59,807 bases of DNA from Gekko japonicus (taxonomy: Eukaryota): assembly GCF_001447785.1 (NCBI RefSeq), contig NW_015163195.1:1-59807 (forward strand). Reading direction: 5' to 3'. This document shows, one piece after another, positions 48,030 to 59,559 of the stretch. The translations under genes were made by a program, and so were the position numbers. Under the pieces are notes generated by a model, which saw only the letters and a list, made by a program, of their open reading frames with translations, did not search any database and was not told the origin of the DNA. How positions within the stretch are numbered: the first letter of the stretch is position 1; each line of letters starts with the position of its first letter.

Positions 48030-48491
48030 TGACCCAAAGGACACTGTAAAATAGCGCTGAACAATAATCAAGTGCGATATATTGTACAAAAAAAAATCAA
48101 TATTAACAAAATGGAAAATGTGAATAGTTCATAGTTGTTAACGATGTTCTCCGGAATACTATACCATTTCATTGGGACTTCCCCTGAACAACACTGTGTC
48201 TTGTTATTCATATATCTTCAACAGATGTCTCGCACCATACTCATCTCTAAAAGATTCAGACTCTAGAAGTCATATCTATTCAGTGTGTTTTGCACGGGCA
48301 GGTGAAATGGTCGCTAGCCTTCCGGAGAACATGGTTAACAATGATGAATTATTCACATTTTCCACTTTGTTAATTTTGATATTCCTTTTGTACAATATAT
48401 TGCACTTGATTATTGTTCAGCGCTATTTGAGAGTGCCCTTTGGGTCTTATTGTTGGGCTATCTTAACTGTTATCCATTCTCTGTATCACTA
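48030..48491. mobile_element. Foldback insertion with ~140-bp inverted arms
   Basis: Arms 48031-48171 and 48303-48446; ~11-bp flanking duplication; empty site near 38985. Confidence 0.75.
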
Positions 48492-48581
48492 TTCCAGAAA
48501 ATGGCTCCTCTCTGGTCTGCTGTTGCTTCTGTGTTCATGAGGACCGGGGCTTCTGGTCTGCATCACAGAACCTGTGCAGAT

Positions 48582-48789
48582 CAATGCTCCCTCTAAGCTG
48601 TGGAGTCTTGTGAGCAAAAATCCTACTTTTTGAGCTACTGGCATTAAAATTGTGAGCAAGCGATTTAGCTGCTGCATAAATTAGTTAGCTCTGGAGCCCC
48701 ATCCTTCCTGAGCGAAGACAAAAATGTGTGAGCCGGAGGCTAAAAAACTGTGAGCTAGCTCACACTAACTCAGCTTAGAGGGAACACTG
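48582..48789 (-). mobile_element. hAT-like MITE family A
   Basis: TSD GT(G/A)CAGAT; empty site near 39066. Confidence 0.88.
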
Positions 48790-49091
48790 GTACAGATACA
48801 GTGGAGCATGGGCAGAAGTCTTCTGCAGTCTGGGGTCCAGATCTGGCTCGGCGTGTACCTCTGGCACCAGGCTTCCCTGGCCATGGTGTACTGTCCATTG
48901 TCCAGTCCGGGGCACTCCACTTGGGACCACAGCTCTGTCCGTTGCCCCAGCACCCACTTCGCAGTCCAGCAAGGCATTGTTAGTAAATTAGTCTCTTTAA
49001 TAGTCCCGTCTGGAATGGCTTCTTGGCCACAACACATCCGATATCCATGTGGGGCACTATTCCAAGAAACCCACTTATTTCCCATGACTCC

Positions 49092-49273
49092 TAGGGCTCC
49101 TTTTGTGGCAGGAACCCCTTTGCATATCAGGTGACACACCCCTAATGTAGCCAATCCTCCAAGAGCTTACAGAGCTCTTCTTACAGGGGCTACTGTAAGC
49201 TCTTGGAGGGTTGGCTACTTTAGGGGCATGTCGCCTGATATGCAAAGGAGTTCCTGCTACAAAAGGAGCCCTG
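49092..49273. mobile_element. Palindromic hAT-like MITE
   Basis: Near-complete 180-bp palindrome AGGGCTCCTTTTGT...ACAAAAGGAGCCCT; absent in units 2 and 4. Confidence 0.8.
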
Positions 49274-49389
49274 ATTGACTACAATGAGCTTCAAGCTGCC
49301 TGGAGGCACCCCAAATACGCTTGCCATGCCAAGGTGTCTTCTCGCAGCTGTTTTTGTTTCTCTCCTTACAGGTGAGTCCTGAAGTCTCA

Positions 49390-50346
49390 ATGGGAGTGAG
49401 GAATCAGACACGAGTGGTGGAATTTGTCTTCCTGGGTTTCTCCGGCATTCCGAACAGCCACATCTACCTCTTCCTGCCATTCCTAGCCATTTACTTGGTC
49501 ACCGTGCTGGGCAACCTCATGATATTTTCTCTGATTCAACTGGATTCCAGCCTTCATACGCCCATGTATTATTTCCTCAGCCATCTCTCTTTCGTAGATA
49601 TTTGTCTCTCCTCTGTCACAGTCCCCAAGATCCTGGTGAACTTCTTGCGCCAGCGACAGACCATCTCCTACAACCAGTGCATGGCCCAGATGTTCTTCCT
49701 GATCTCTTTCACGGGGACAGAGGCTGCGTTGCTGGCCGTCATGGCCTACGATCGCTATGCCGCCATCTGCAAACCTTTGCATTACTCCAGCCTCATGAAC
49801 ACCAAGGTGTGCGCCGTTTTAGCCTTTGCCACCTGGGTCTGGGGCGCCCTACACTCTGCTCTCCACACAGCTCTCAGCTCCAGGTTATACTTCTGTGGAG
49901 CCAACCAGATTCACCACATCTACTGTGATCTGCCCCCGCTGATGAAAATTGCTTGCAATGATGCACACGTCAATGAAGTTGCATCCCACGTAGCAAGCCT
50001 GTTTGTGGGTGGGGGACCCTTCTTCACCATCATCCTCTCCTACGTCTTCATCCTGTCCTCCATCTTGAAGATCCGTTCCACCACTGGCAAGCGCAAAGCC
50101 TTTTCCACCTGTGCGTCTCACATCATTGTCGTCATACTTTATTTTGGAAATGGCTCACTTAACTATAACCGTCCAAGTGCTGGTTATTCCTTAGAGACTG
50201 ACACCCTAGTCTCCACCATGTACTGCATCATCACCCCAGTGCTCAACCCCCTCATCTACAGCCTCCGGAACAAGGACGTGAAAGGGGCCTTCAGGAAGGT
50301 TCTAGAAAGCCAGGGAAAGTTGAAACATCACCACACTATAAATTAG
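49390..50346 (+). CDS. Olfactory receptor OR-5, intact, 318 aa
   Basis: All OR motifs; acceptor AG at 49370-49371. Confidence 0.96.
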   Translation: MGVRNQTRVVEFVFLGFSGIPNSHIYLFLPFLAIYLVTVLGNLMIFSLIQLDSSLHTPMYYFLSHLSFVDICLSSVTVPKILVNFLRQRQTISYNQCMAQMFFLISFTGTEAALLAVMAYDRYAAICKPLHYSSLMNTKVCAVLAFATWVWGALHSALHTALSSRLYFCGANQIHHIYCDLPPLMKIACNDAHVNEVASHVASLFVGGGPFFTIILSYVFILSSILKIRSTTGKRKAFSTCASHIIVVILYFGNGSLNYNRPSAGYSLETDTLVSTMYCIITPVLNPLIYSLRNKDVKGAFRKVLESQGKLKHHHTIN

Positions 50347-50984
50347 GGCACCCAGATGTTTTGTAGTGGATCCAGTTTCTCTCAGCTGGTTTTTGTGCCA
50401 GTTTGGTGTTGTGGTTAAGTGCGCCGACTCTAATCTGGGAGAACCGGGTTTGATTCCCCACTCCTCCACTTGTACCTGCTGGATGATCTTGGGCAAGCCA
50501 TAGTTCTGATAAGAGCTGTTCTTGAAAGAGCAGTTCTCAAAAGAGCTCTCTCAGCCCCGCCTACCTCACAGGGTGTCTGTTGTGGGGAGGGGGAGGGAAA
50601 GGAGTTTGTCAGCCGCTCTGAGACTCCGAGTGAAGGGTGGGATATAAATCCAATCTCCCCTCCTCCTCCTCCTCTTCTTCTGTTCCCTTTAGTGCTACTG
50701 GCTATGGAACAGCGTGGACTATGTTGTTGTTGTTTTGCTGTAGTGGACATTATTGAGGGAGTAAGTAAGATTCAGATTCAACAGGTGAAGTGAAACAAAT
50801 GAAACGGGGTACGGAAACATGAGTAGCACACACAATACAATAAGCTAAAATTGAGAATTAGGAGAATATGGAAGGTGAAGGAGTAAAAGAATGAAAGAAG
50901 AATATGGGCGTGATGGAGAACACAGTGGATATATCATTTGCCAAATGCCCAATTCCAAGCATCCCTCAGTAGAGGGAGATGAAA

Positions 50985-51430
50985 TATTTATCTATTTATT
51001 TATCTATTTATTTATTGGATTTGTATCTCACCCTCCCCTTGACAGGCTCAGGGCGAGCTCCAACAGTAAAAGTGCAATACAGTTAAAACTATTTTAAAAC
51101 ACAATATAAAAGATGTGACATAACAACACATGTCGCAGGTGCCATACCACTCTAATAAAAGACAGATGCTTCAGTGGTTGATAATGTTAAAGTCAGTTTT
51201 CTGTTATAAAGATCTTTAAATTTAGGATCCCAAGGACCCAGAGCTTCAGATAGACCCAGGTTACAGATGGAGGGGCTACAGATGGAGGGGGCCCAAGGGG
51301 GGGGGAGAAAGTCCACTGCCTCAACCAAAAACCCAGCAGAAGACCTCCGTCTTGCAGGCCCTGCGGAATTGTCATAAATCCTGCAGGGCCCTGATCTCAC
51401 ACGGGAGCTCATTCTACCAGGCAGGGTTGA
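50985..51430 (-). mobile_element. L2-like 3' fragment
   Basis: (TTTA)n tail; CTCCGTCTTGCAGGCCCTGCGGAA; absent at paralogous 17392. Confidence 0.6.
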
Positions 51431-51749
51431 GGCAAGTCGGATGTCCCTGCTGGTGTAATAAGATTTCGTTAGTCTTTAAGGGCCCCCGAAACGCTTGTCT
51501 TCTGCTGCAGCCACCCGACACACACCAAACTCTCTCAGGAAGAAGTGGCACAGGGTACACACTGTCACCTGGGGCAGAATAGGTCCCACAGGACATTCTG
51601 TTCTAGGCAGACTGAGAATCTTCCGAGGGCCTCCCTGGAGAGCAGGACTCCCTGCAGACTCAGGAAGGTGCCGTTTATCGTATCCTTTCCCACTCTACCG
51701 GATGCCCAGGCTGGGACCTGGTTCCCCCGCCATTTTAAAGCTGTGATCG

Positions 51750-52137
51750 TGTCAGGACCCACGGCAAAACAACGAAGTAGACGCTTCCAGGAAGGTTTTA
51801 CTTTTATTGAAATGCTTATAGATGCAGTAACATGAACACTGTTAGGAATGGCGGGCGATCTATGTGCATAATAGGTTATAGGGCATTTGTATACACACAC
51901 ACACCCACGTAGTACCCAATTACAGGGGTTCCCACGCGCGGGCATTAGGCTGAGAACTAACGGCTGCTAAAGCAAAACAGGTAAGAAGCTTCCCACGACT
52001 CATTCTGTGCAAAGACACAGCAACTCCCCCAGTGGCCTTGAGAGATATGCGTTGCAGCGAAGAGGCAATTAAGCACAAGGGAAAGAATGCACATGAAAGG
52101 GAAACACACACCACACTCATGGCAGCTTTAGCTGACA
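51750..52137 (-). mobile_element. Solo LTR
   Basis: TGTCAG...CTGACA; perfect 5-bp TSD GATCG; AATAAA on minus strand. Confidence 0.8.
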
Positions 52138-52824
52138 GATCGCCGAGACACTGAGCTGAGCACAAACGAAACATTTATTTTCGAAAAGTCCAACTCCTAA
52201 ACAAGAGGCCTGTGGGGAGAGGTGTCGTGTTTGCCCAATACCCATTTCTATAGACAGATGTATTCTGCCTTCCCTTATAGAATGTATAGAAGTTGTTTGG
52301 TCACAGATCAAAAATAACTATGGTTTCTAATTGTTTACAAAGCTTCCGCTTTCCCATCTGCATCCTGTGGGATGGAGATGACCTTGTGCCTGCTGCTGTG
52401 CCCTGGTACCCTTCGGGATTAATTTCTGTATTGAGTTTTGTTTGGGGCATCCCCTCAAAGTGGTGCCGAAACTTCAGCTGGTCCAGAATACAGACTGTGA
52501 ACATAGCTGGCCTTGAGGACCACATTCGCGCTAGTTTTGCAAGAATGTCTCTGAAGCCCCAGGTCTTTCCAAGCTCAGATCCAAGAGCTGGATGGAGAAC
52601 TGGATTCAAAGAGTGATTAAGCCCTTCATACTCGATGAAATATCGCCTTAGCAGAGAACTCAAGGCACCTGGCGCAGCGAAATTACCTGGTGCGTGTGTG
52701 TGTGCTGCTGTAGAGAATAAAGTTACACGCAGAACCTTTATATCTCAGCAAACCAATACAAGTCTGTTAATTATTGTAAGGAACCCCATCCTAGATAGGA
52801 TATCTTGTCTAACTTGCTAGAATG

Positions 52825-53344
52825 CAGGGGTCATTTCCTGCAGGAGCGCACAGGAGCGGAGCTCCGGCAGTAAAGAGCCCAGGGGGCGGGCACATGCAAC
52901 AAGCCCCACCCCCTGCTCCCAGCAGCCCTCAGTCAGAGCAAGAAGCAGCCAGGTAAGTTGCAGAGCCCCCCCCCCCCCGGTCCAAGACAGTCCAGTGGCA
53001 CCTTTAAGGCCAAGTTTTATTCAGGTACAAGGTCTCCCTCCTCTGCGAGGACAGATCTGCACGTCACGTCCCCCCCAATAGCTAGCAATCCAAAACAGTC
53101 CAGTGGGACCTTTAAGACAAAGTTTTATTCAGGTACCAGCTCTCCCTCCTCTGCGAGGACAGATCTGCACGTTCCCCCCCCCCAATAGCTAGCAATTCAA
53201 AACAGTCCAGTGGAGCCTGAGTGGTGGGTGTTGCCTTCTGACACACTTCCGGTGATGTCAGGGGGTGTGGCATATGCAAATGAGTAATGCTAATGAATTA
53301 TGCTAATGAGCTCCTGCACCTCTTTTTCTACGAAATGACCCCTG
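52825..53344 (+). mobile_element. hAT-type MITE family B with internal duplication
   Basis: TIR CAGGGGTCATTTC; TSD CT(A/G)GAATG. Confidence 0.88.
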
Positions 53345-53644
53345 CTGGAATGGGTAGAGTTGCAAGAAGCCATCTCTTGGTCGCATGGTAGCAAGATGGA
53401 GAGAAAGAGGGTGGCCGGAAGGAAGGAAAATTTCCGGAGGGTAGCACTCTACACATCAAAGGGAAAGCATCAAAGAGTGTGGAGTAGTCTGCCCAGATTG
53501 CCCACCATGGCACCCAGCTCCTGCCCCCGTTGCTCTTTGGTCCAGCAGGAGCAACAGTGGAGGGTGGGGAAAAACATTCCACAATGTTAAATGGTAGCCA
53601 TATAAACCAAGCTTATTATTCCTGAATCTGATAAATATTTTTAT

Positions 53645-53980
53645 AATAAGAACATAAGAACATAAGAGAAGCCAATGTGGGATCAGGCCAATGGCCCATC
53701 CAGTCCAACACTCTGTCTCACACAGGGGCTAAAAATACCAGGGGCCAGCAGGAGGTCCAGCAGTGGGGCCAGGACACTAGAAGCCCTCCCACTCTTGCCC
53801 CCACCCAAGCACCAAGAGTACAGTGCATCATTTGCCCCAGACCGAGAGTTCCCATCTATACCTTGTGGCTAATAGCCCCTGATGGACTTCTGTTCCATAT
53901 GCTTATCTAATTCCCTCTTGAAGCTGCCCATGCTTGTAGCCGCCGCCACCTCCTGTGGCAGTGAATTCCATGTGTTAATG
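53645..53980 (-). mobile_element. CR1 3' end
   Basis: (CATAAGAA)n; homology to 12950-13280. Confidence 0.85.
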
Positions 53981-54018
53981 TTGTATGCTAATTTGCTGCT
54001 CAACCTTTGCCTATATGT

Positions 54019-54585
54019 TGTTGTTGTTCAGTCACACAGTCGAGTCCGACTCTTTGCAACCCCATGGACCAGATCACGCCAGGCCTTCTGGTCTTCCGCC
54101 GTCCTCTGGAGTTTGCTCAACTTCATGTTCGTTGCATCTATGACACTGTGTAACCATCTCATCCTTTGCCGTCCCCGTCTTCTTTGACCTTCAATCTTTC
54201 CCAGCATCAGGGTCTTCTCCAGTGAGTGCTCCCTTCTCATTTGGTGGCCAAAGTATTTGAGCTTCAACTTCAGGATCTGGCCTTCCAGGGAACAGTCAGG
54301 GTTGATTTCTTTTAGGATTGACTGATTTGATCTTTTTGCAGTCCAAGGGACTCTCAAGAGTCTTCTCCAGCACCATAGTTCAAAAGAATCTATTCTTCTG
54401 CGCTCGGCCTTCCTTATAGTCCAACTCTCGCAGCCATACATGACTACTGGGAATACCATTGCTATGACCATGCGGACTTTTGTTGGCAGGGTGATGTCTC
54501 TACTTTTCATCATGCTGTTTAGGTTCGCCATCGCTTTCCTCCCAAGGATCAGGCGTCCTTTAATTTCATGGCTGTTGTCACAGTC
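54019..54585 (-). mobile_element. Bov-B 3' fragment
   Basis: VFPVVMYGCESWTIRKAERRRID.FELWCWRR; TSD TGCCTATATGT. Confidence 0.95.
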
Positions 54586-54604
54586 TGCCTATATGTATGG
54601 ACTG

Positions 54605-54748
54605 GTAAATTCCATTTCGTATCTGAGGAAGCGTGCGTGCACATGAAAGCTCATATCGTGAATAAAAATGTGCTTGTCTTAACGGTTGCAATGGACTCAT
54701 ACTTTGTTCTACTTCTTCAGACCAACACAGCTACCAACCTGAATCTAA
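54605..54748 (+). mobile_element. Penelope pseudo-LTR with minimal hammerhead motif
   Basis: CTGAGGA..GTGCGTGCAC..GAAAGCTC; related pieces at 13403-13476, 25250-25397, 58460-58545. Confidence 0.65.
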
Positions 54749-54817
54749 TATTCCACATTGTAATTACTTGAGTAAAGAAATATTTCCTTTTGTCCATCCT
54801 GTATTTCATTTTGTTCA

Positions 54818-54990
54818 AGGGCCATGGGAAAATGGTAGAGCCTCTGCTTGGCATGCAGAAGGTCCCAGGATCAGTCCCTGGCAGCATCTCCAGTTAAAAA
54901 GGGCCAGGCAGCAGCTGATGTGAAAAACCTCTGCCTGTGACCCTGGAGAGCTGATTTATCTGACTCAGTATAAGGCAGCTTCATGTGAAT
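54818..54990 (+). mobile_element. Squam2-type SINE
   Basis: TGGTAGAGC..TGCTTGGCATGCAGAAGGTCCCAGG..CTCAGTATAAGGCAGCTTC. Confidence 0.7.
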
Positions 54991-55041
54991 CTGCTGCCCA
55001 TCAGCTTCCCAAAGTCTAGTGTTATGGGTGTGGGAGAAAAG

Positions 55042-55043
<2 letters not shown>

Positions 55044-55097
<54 letters not shown>
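55044..55097. repeat. (TC)n microsatellite
   Basis: Seen directly. Confidence 0.95.
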
Positions 55098-55099
<2 letters not shown>

Positions 55100-55563
55100 A
55101 ATCATAGAATGTTAGAGTTGGAAGGGACCTTGCAGGTCATCTAGTCCATCCCCTACATACCTACAACGTACCCGATAGAGGTTCGTCCAGCCTCCGCTTG
55201 AAAACATCCAGCGAAGGAGCATCCACCCCCTCCCGAGGCAGACTGTTCCACTCCTCAACCACTCTAACAGTTAGGAAGTCTCTCCTGATATTTAGCCAGT
55301 AACGACTCCCTTGTAATTTCCACCCATTAGATCCAGTCTTGCAATCCGGAGCAAGAGAGACTAGATCTGCTCCATCTTCTACATGACAGCCCTTCAAATA
55401 CCTGAAGACCACAATCGTGTCCCCTCTAAGCCTTCTCTTTCCCAGGCTAAACAGACCCAACTCTTTCAGCCTTTCCTCACAAGACTTGGATTCCAACCCT
55501 CTCATCATCCTGGTTGCCCTCTTCTGGACACGCTCGAGCTTGTCAACATCCTTCCTAAAATGT
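55098..55563 (-). mobile_element. CR1 3' fragment
   Basis: [20 protein letters not shown]. Confidence 0.9.
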
Positions 55564-56082
55564 GTCTGTGTCCTTTTATCTCCAATACCTAGTATTACAT
55601 TTTATGACAAATATGGCCTGGCCTGACAAAGTCCCATTTATGGCAGATCTGGCCCTTATTACAAATGAGTTTGACACCCCTGAACTAGACAGTGCTGGCC
55701 TTGATGGACCAAGGGTCCGAATCAGTACACAGCAGTTTCACGTGTGTTCGCATCAGGAAGCCTTGTTGCATGACCCTCCCTCAGCAAATAGATAAGTTCA
55801 TGGGAACTGTCCTTGTAGTGGAACCATTTCTGTAGAACTCTCTCCCGATTTGTTAGGGAGGATCAGAACAACAGGATTAGACCAACAATGGATCAGAACC
55901 TGATTGGAAAGCAAGGTGTGATAGACAAGGCAGGGTTGCATCTGGAATCTTGCGATACGCAGTTGAAGACACAAAGATGCAGGAATAGTCCTCAGACAGC
56001 CTGAGAGAGGGTCAGATTGCTGGTCTCAGTTCTTGGGAGCACACGAGTTTGCAGACTGAACTGGGAAGAAGATTTCAAGTAA

Positions 56083-56453
56083 CTAATAAACAAATTACTG
56101 GAAGTTGCTGAAATGGATAAAATAACTTTAACCTTGAAAGGACACAGAGAGGACAAATTTGAACAAACAAGGTCAAGACTTTATCACTGGTTTGAAGAAC
56201 TGAGGTATTGAAACGTGTCATAACCAAAATAAAGGTTAATAAGAACATTATATTAAATATTGTGCAAAGTTTGGACAGTATCATATGGTATAGAGATAAG
56301 TTTTATGATTTTAGATATATGGATAACAAATTCTTTACCCAAAGTATGAAGGGATGGTCCCATTTTATGTTTGTGTTTAGTAATGTTAGTGTTTGTCTGT
56401 ATGTCTGTGGGGTATGTTTAATAAAACAAATGTATATCACACACATTAAAAAA
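56083..56453 (+). mobile_element. L1 3' end with poly(A)
   Basis: 14-bp TSD AAGATTTCAAGTAA; KLLEVAEMDKIT..LYHW; AATAAA plus A-run. Confidence 0.75.
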
Positions 56454-56835
56454 AAGATTTCAAGTAAGGCAGAACTCCCTGGGAGTAAGTTTACAACACA
56501 ATGTTGTTTCCCCAAAGCCATCAGGCTAGGCTATGCTTCACATGTTCTGGACTCCTCTTTGGATACAAGCTGTGTATCCCCTGACACGATGAGGCAATAC
56601 CCATTGTGTATGGCTTCTCTGAGTCTGCTAAAAAGCCCCAGGTGAGCCACCAATTCTCAAAAGTTCCAGCAATTACACACCATTCCCAGTGGGTTTCCAT
56701 CTGAGGTTCATCCCCATGGCCCCCAGGCCAAGTAAAGCATTCTCACTTCCAATCCAGGTCTTATACAAACCGTCTTGTACGAACTGGTTACAGGGACATG
56801 CTCTTCACATCGAAGATGGAAAGAGACCTTCCAAA

Positions 56836-57164
56836 GTGACATGATCGAGGTTTATAAGATTATGCATGGGAAAGAGCAGGTAAAGAAAGAGGTACTTTTC
56901 TCCCTTTCTCACAATACAAGAACTCGTGGGCACTCCATGAAACTGCAGAGCGGTCGGGTTAGAACAGATAAAAGGAAGTACTTCTTCACCCAAAGAGTGA
57001 TTAACACATGGAATTCACTGCCACAGGAAGTGGTGGGTGCTACAAGCATGGACGGCTTCAAAAGGGAATTAGATAAGCATATGGAGCAGAGGTCCATCAG
57101 TGGCTATTAGCCACAAGGTATAGCTAGGGGCTCTGGGGCAAGTGATGCTCTGTCTTCTTGGTCC
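56836..57164 (+). mobile_element. CR1 3' fragment
   Basis: DMIEVYKIM..TRGHSMKL..FFTQRVINTWNSLP. Confidence 0.9.
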
Positions 57165-57751
57165 NNNNNNNNNNNNNNNNNNNNNNNNNNNNNNNNNNNN
57201 NNNNNNNNNNNNNNNNNNNNNNNNNNNNNNNNNNNNNNNNNNNNNNNNNNNNNNNNNNNNNNNNNNNNNNNNNNNNNNNNNNNNNNNNNNNNNNNNNNNN
57301 NNNNNNNNNNNNNNNNNNNNNNNNNNNNNNNNNNNNNNNNNNNNNNNNNNNNNNNNNNNNNNNNNNNNNNNNNNNNNNNNNNNNNNNNNNNNNNNNNNNN
57401 NNNNNNNNNNNNNNNNNNNNNNNNNNNNNNNNNNNNNNNNNNNNNNNNNNNNNNNNNNNNNNNNNNNNNNNNNNNNNNNNNNNNNNNNNNNNNNNNNNNN
57501 NNNNNNNNNNNNNNNNNNNNNNNNNNNNNNNNNNNNNNNNNNNNNNNNNNNNNNNNNNNNNNNNNNNNNNNNNNNNNNNNNNNNNNNNNNNNNNNNNNNN
57601 NNNNNNNNNNNNNNNNNNNNNNNNNNNNNNNNNNNNNNNNNNNNNNNNNNNNNNNNNNNNNNNNNNNNNNNNNNNNNNNNNNNNNNNNNNNNNNNNNNNN
57701 NNNNNNNNNNNNNNNNNNNNNNNNNNNNNNNNNNNNNNNNNNNNNNNNNNN

Positions 57752-59559
57752 AAGAAGAAGAAGAGATTGGCTTTATACCCCGCCCTTCACTTGGAGTCTC
57801 AGAGCGGCTTACAAACTCCTTTCCCTTCCCCTCCCCACAACAGACACCCTGTGAGGTGGGTGGGGCTGAGAGAACTCTAACAACAAACTGCTCTTTTCAA
57901 GGACAGCTGTGCCAGAGCTTGCGACTGACCCAAGGTCACATCAGTAGGTGCAAGTGGAGGAGTGGGGAATCAAACCCGGTTCTCCCAGATTAGAGTCCGC
58001 GCCCTTAACCACTCCTCCACATGCAACTGCTCGTGTGACCTTGGGTCAGTTACAAATTCTCTCAGAGCAGTTCTTGAAAAAGAGCCGTTTCTGTCAGAGC
58101 TCTCTCAGCCCCACCTACCTCACAGGCAGTGTTCCCTCTAAGCTGAGTTAGGGTGAGCTGGCTCACAGTTTTTCAGCCTCCGGCTCACAGCTTTTTACCT
58201 TAGCTCAGGAAGGATGGCTCCAGAGCAAACTAATTTCTGCAGCAGTCAAATCACCGGCTCACCACTTTAATGCCGGTTGCTCAAAAAGTAGGATTTTTGC
58301 TCACAGGACTCCGCAGCTTAGAGGGAATCTTGCTCACAGGGTGTCTGTTGTGGGGAGGGGAAGGGAAAGGAGTTTGTAAGCCTTTCTGAGACTCCAAGTG
58401 AAGGGTGGGGTATAAATCCAATCTCCTCCTCCTCCTCCTCTTCTTTGTCTTCTTCTTCCACCTTAGAGACCAAGAAGAGTTTCAGGGCATGCGCTTTGGA
58501 GAGTCAAAGATGCCATCGTCAGACATGAGAAATGGAGATCTCTGAGTGCTTTTATCCTAGTCAGAAGGCGGGAGGGGTGTCACGAAGAAGGCGTGTAAAG
58601 GATGCAAAGGGACAATGCAGATCGTAATCAGCCTGATCAAAGCACAAAATCGGTTTGATTAGATCTTCTGGCTCTTCCATTCTTGTCATTCTGCTGTGCA
58701 CCTGGGTTGGTCCCACCCTGTGGAAGAACACGCCTTCTGGTGCCTGCATTTCTCCACTCTGCTATTTTCATTACTGCCTATTCCCTTCACTTTCTATCTT
58801 TGCCCCCTTGGACACCATCAGTCACAAACCTAGTTTAGGCTTTGACAGGATTTAGGGAGGTCTACTGCAGGTCGATTCTCAGCTACTGAGCACTTTCTTG
58901 GCTTTTGTCCTGAGAGCCAGTGTGGTGTGGTGGTTAGGGACGGCAGACTCTAATCTGGAGAATCGGGTCTGATTCCTCACTCCTCCTCCACATGAAGCCT
59001 GATGGGCCAGTCGAGTTCTCTCAGAACTCTCTCAGCCCCACCTGCCTCACATAGTGCCTGTTGAGGGGAGAGGAAGGGATGGCAAATTGTAAGATGCTTT
59101 GAGACTCAGTTTGGTGTAGTGGTTAAGTGCGCGGACTCTAATCTGGGAGAACCGGGTTTGATTCCCCACTCCTCCACTTGCACCTGCTGATGTGACCTTG
59201 GGTCAGTCACAAGCTATGGCACAGCTGTCCTTGAAAAAGAGCAGTTTGTATCAGAGTTCTCTCAGTCCCACCCACCTCACAGGGTGTCTGTTGTGGGGAG
59301 GGGAAGGGAAAGGAGTTTGTAAGCCGCTCTGAGACGCCAAGTGAAGGGCGGGGTATAAATCCAATCTCTTCTCTTCTTCTTCTTCTTCTTCTTGTAGCTG
59401 CTGAATGACCTTAGGCAAGCCATAACTCTGTCAGAGCTGTCTTTGAAAGGGCAGTTTCTCTCAGAGCTCTCTCACCCCCGCCTACCTCATCGGGTGTCTG
59501 TTGTGGGGAGGGGAAGGGAAAGGAGTTTATAAGCAGCTCTGAGACTCTGAGTGAAGGGC
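57752..59559. mobile_element. Cluster of at least 5 Squam3 SINEs with a nested family-A MITE (58127-58332)
   Basis: Copies approx. 57752-58012(-), 58005-58460, 58916-59105, 59108-59393, 59394-59559; MITE TSD CTCACAGG. Confidence 0.85.

Larger units (their letters stand above)
9810..51550 (+). repeat. Tandem segmental duplication array (units approx. 9810-17510, 20020-29160, 32540-42170, 43052-51550)
   Basis: Collinear homologous non-TE flanks, promoter blocks, intron segments and OR CDS in each unit. Confidence 0.9.

Noticed and set aside
4551-50346. Specific gene symbols or MHC linkage from the OR5V1/OR12D resemblance
   Set aside because: Lineage-specific expansion; orthology needs a phylogeny and no flanking genes are present
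51560-52800. Larger host LTR around the 51750 solo LTR
   Set aside because: Could not identify termini or a TSD
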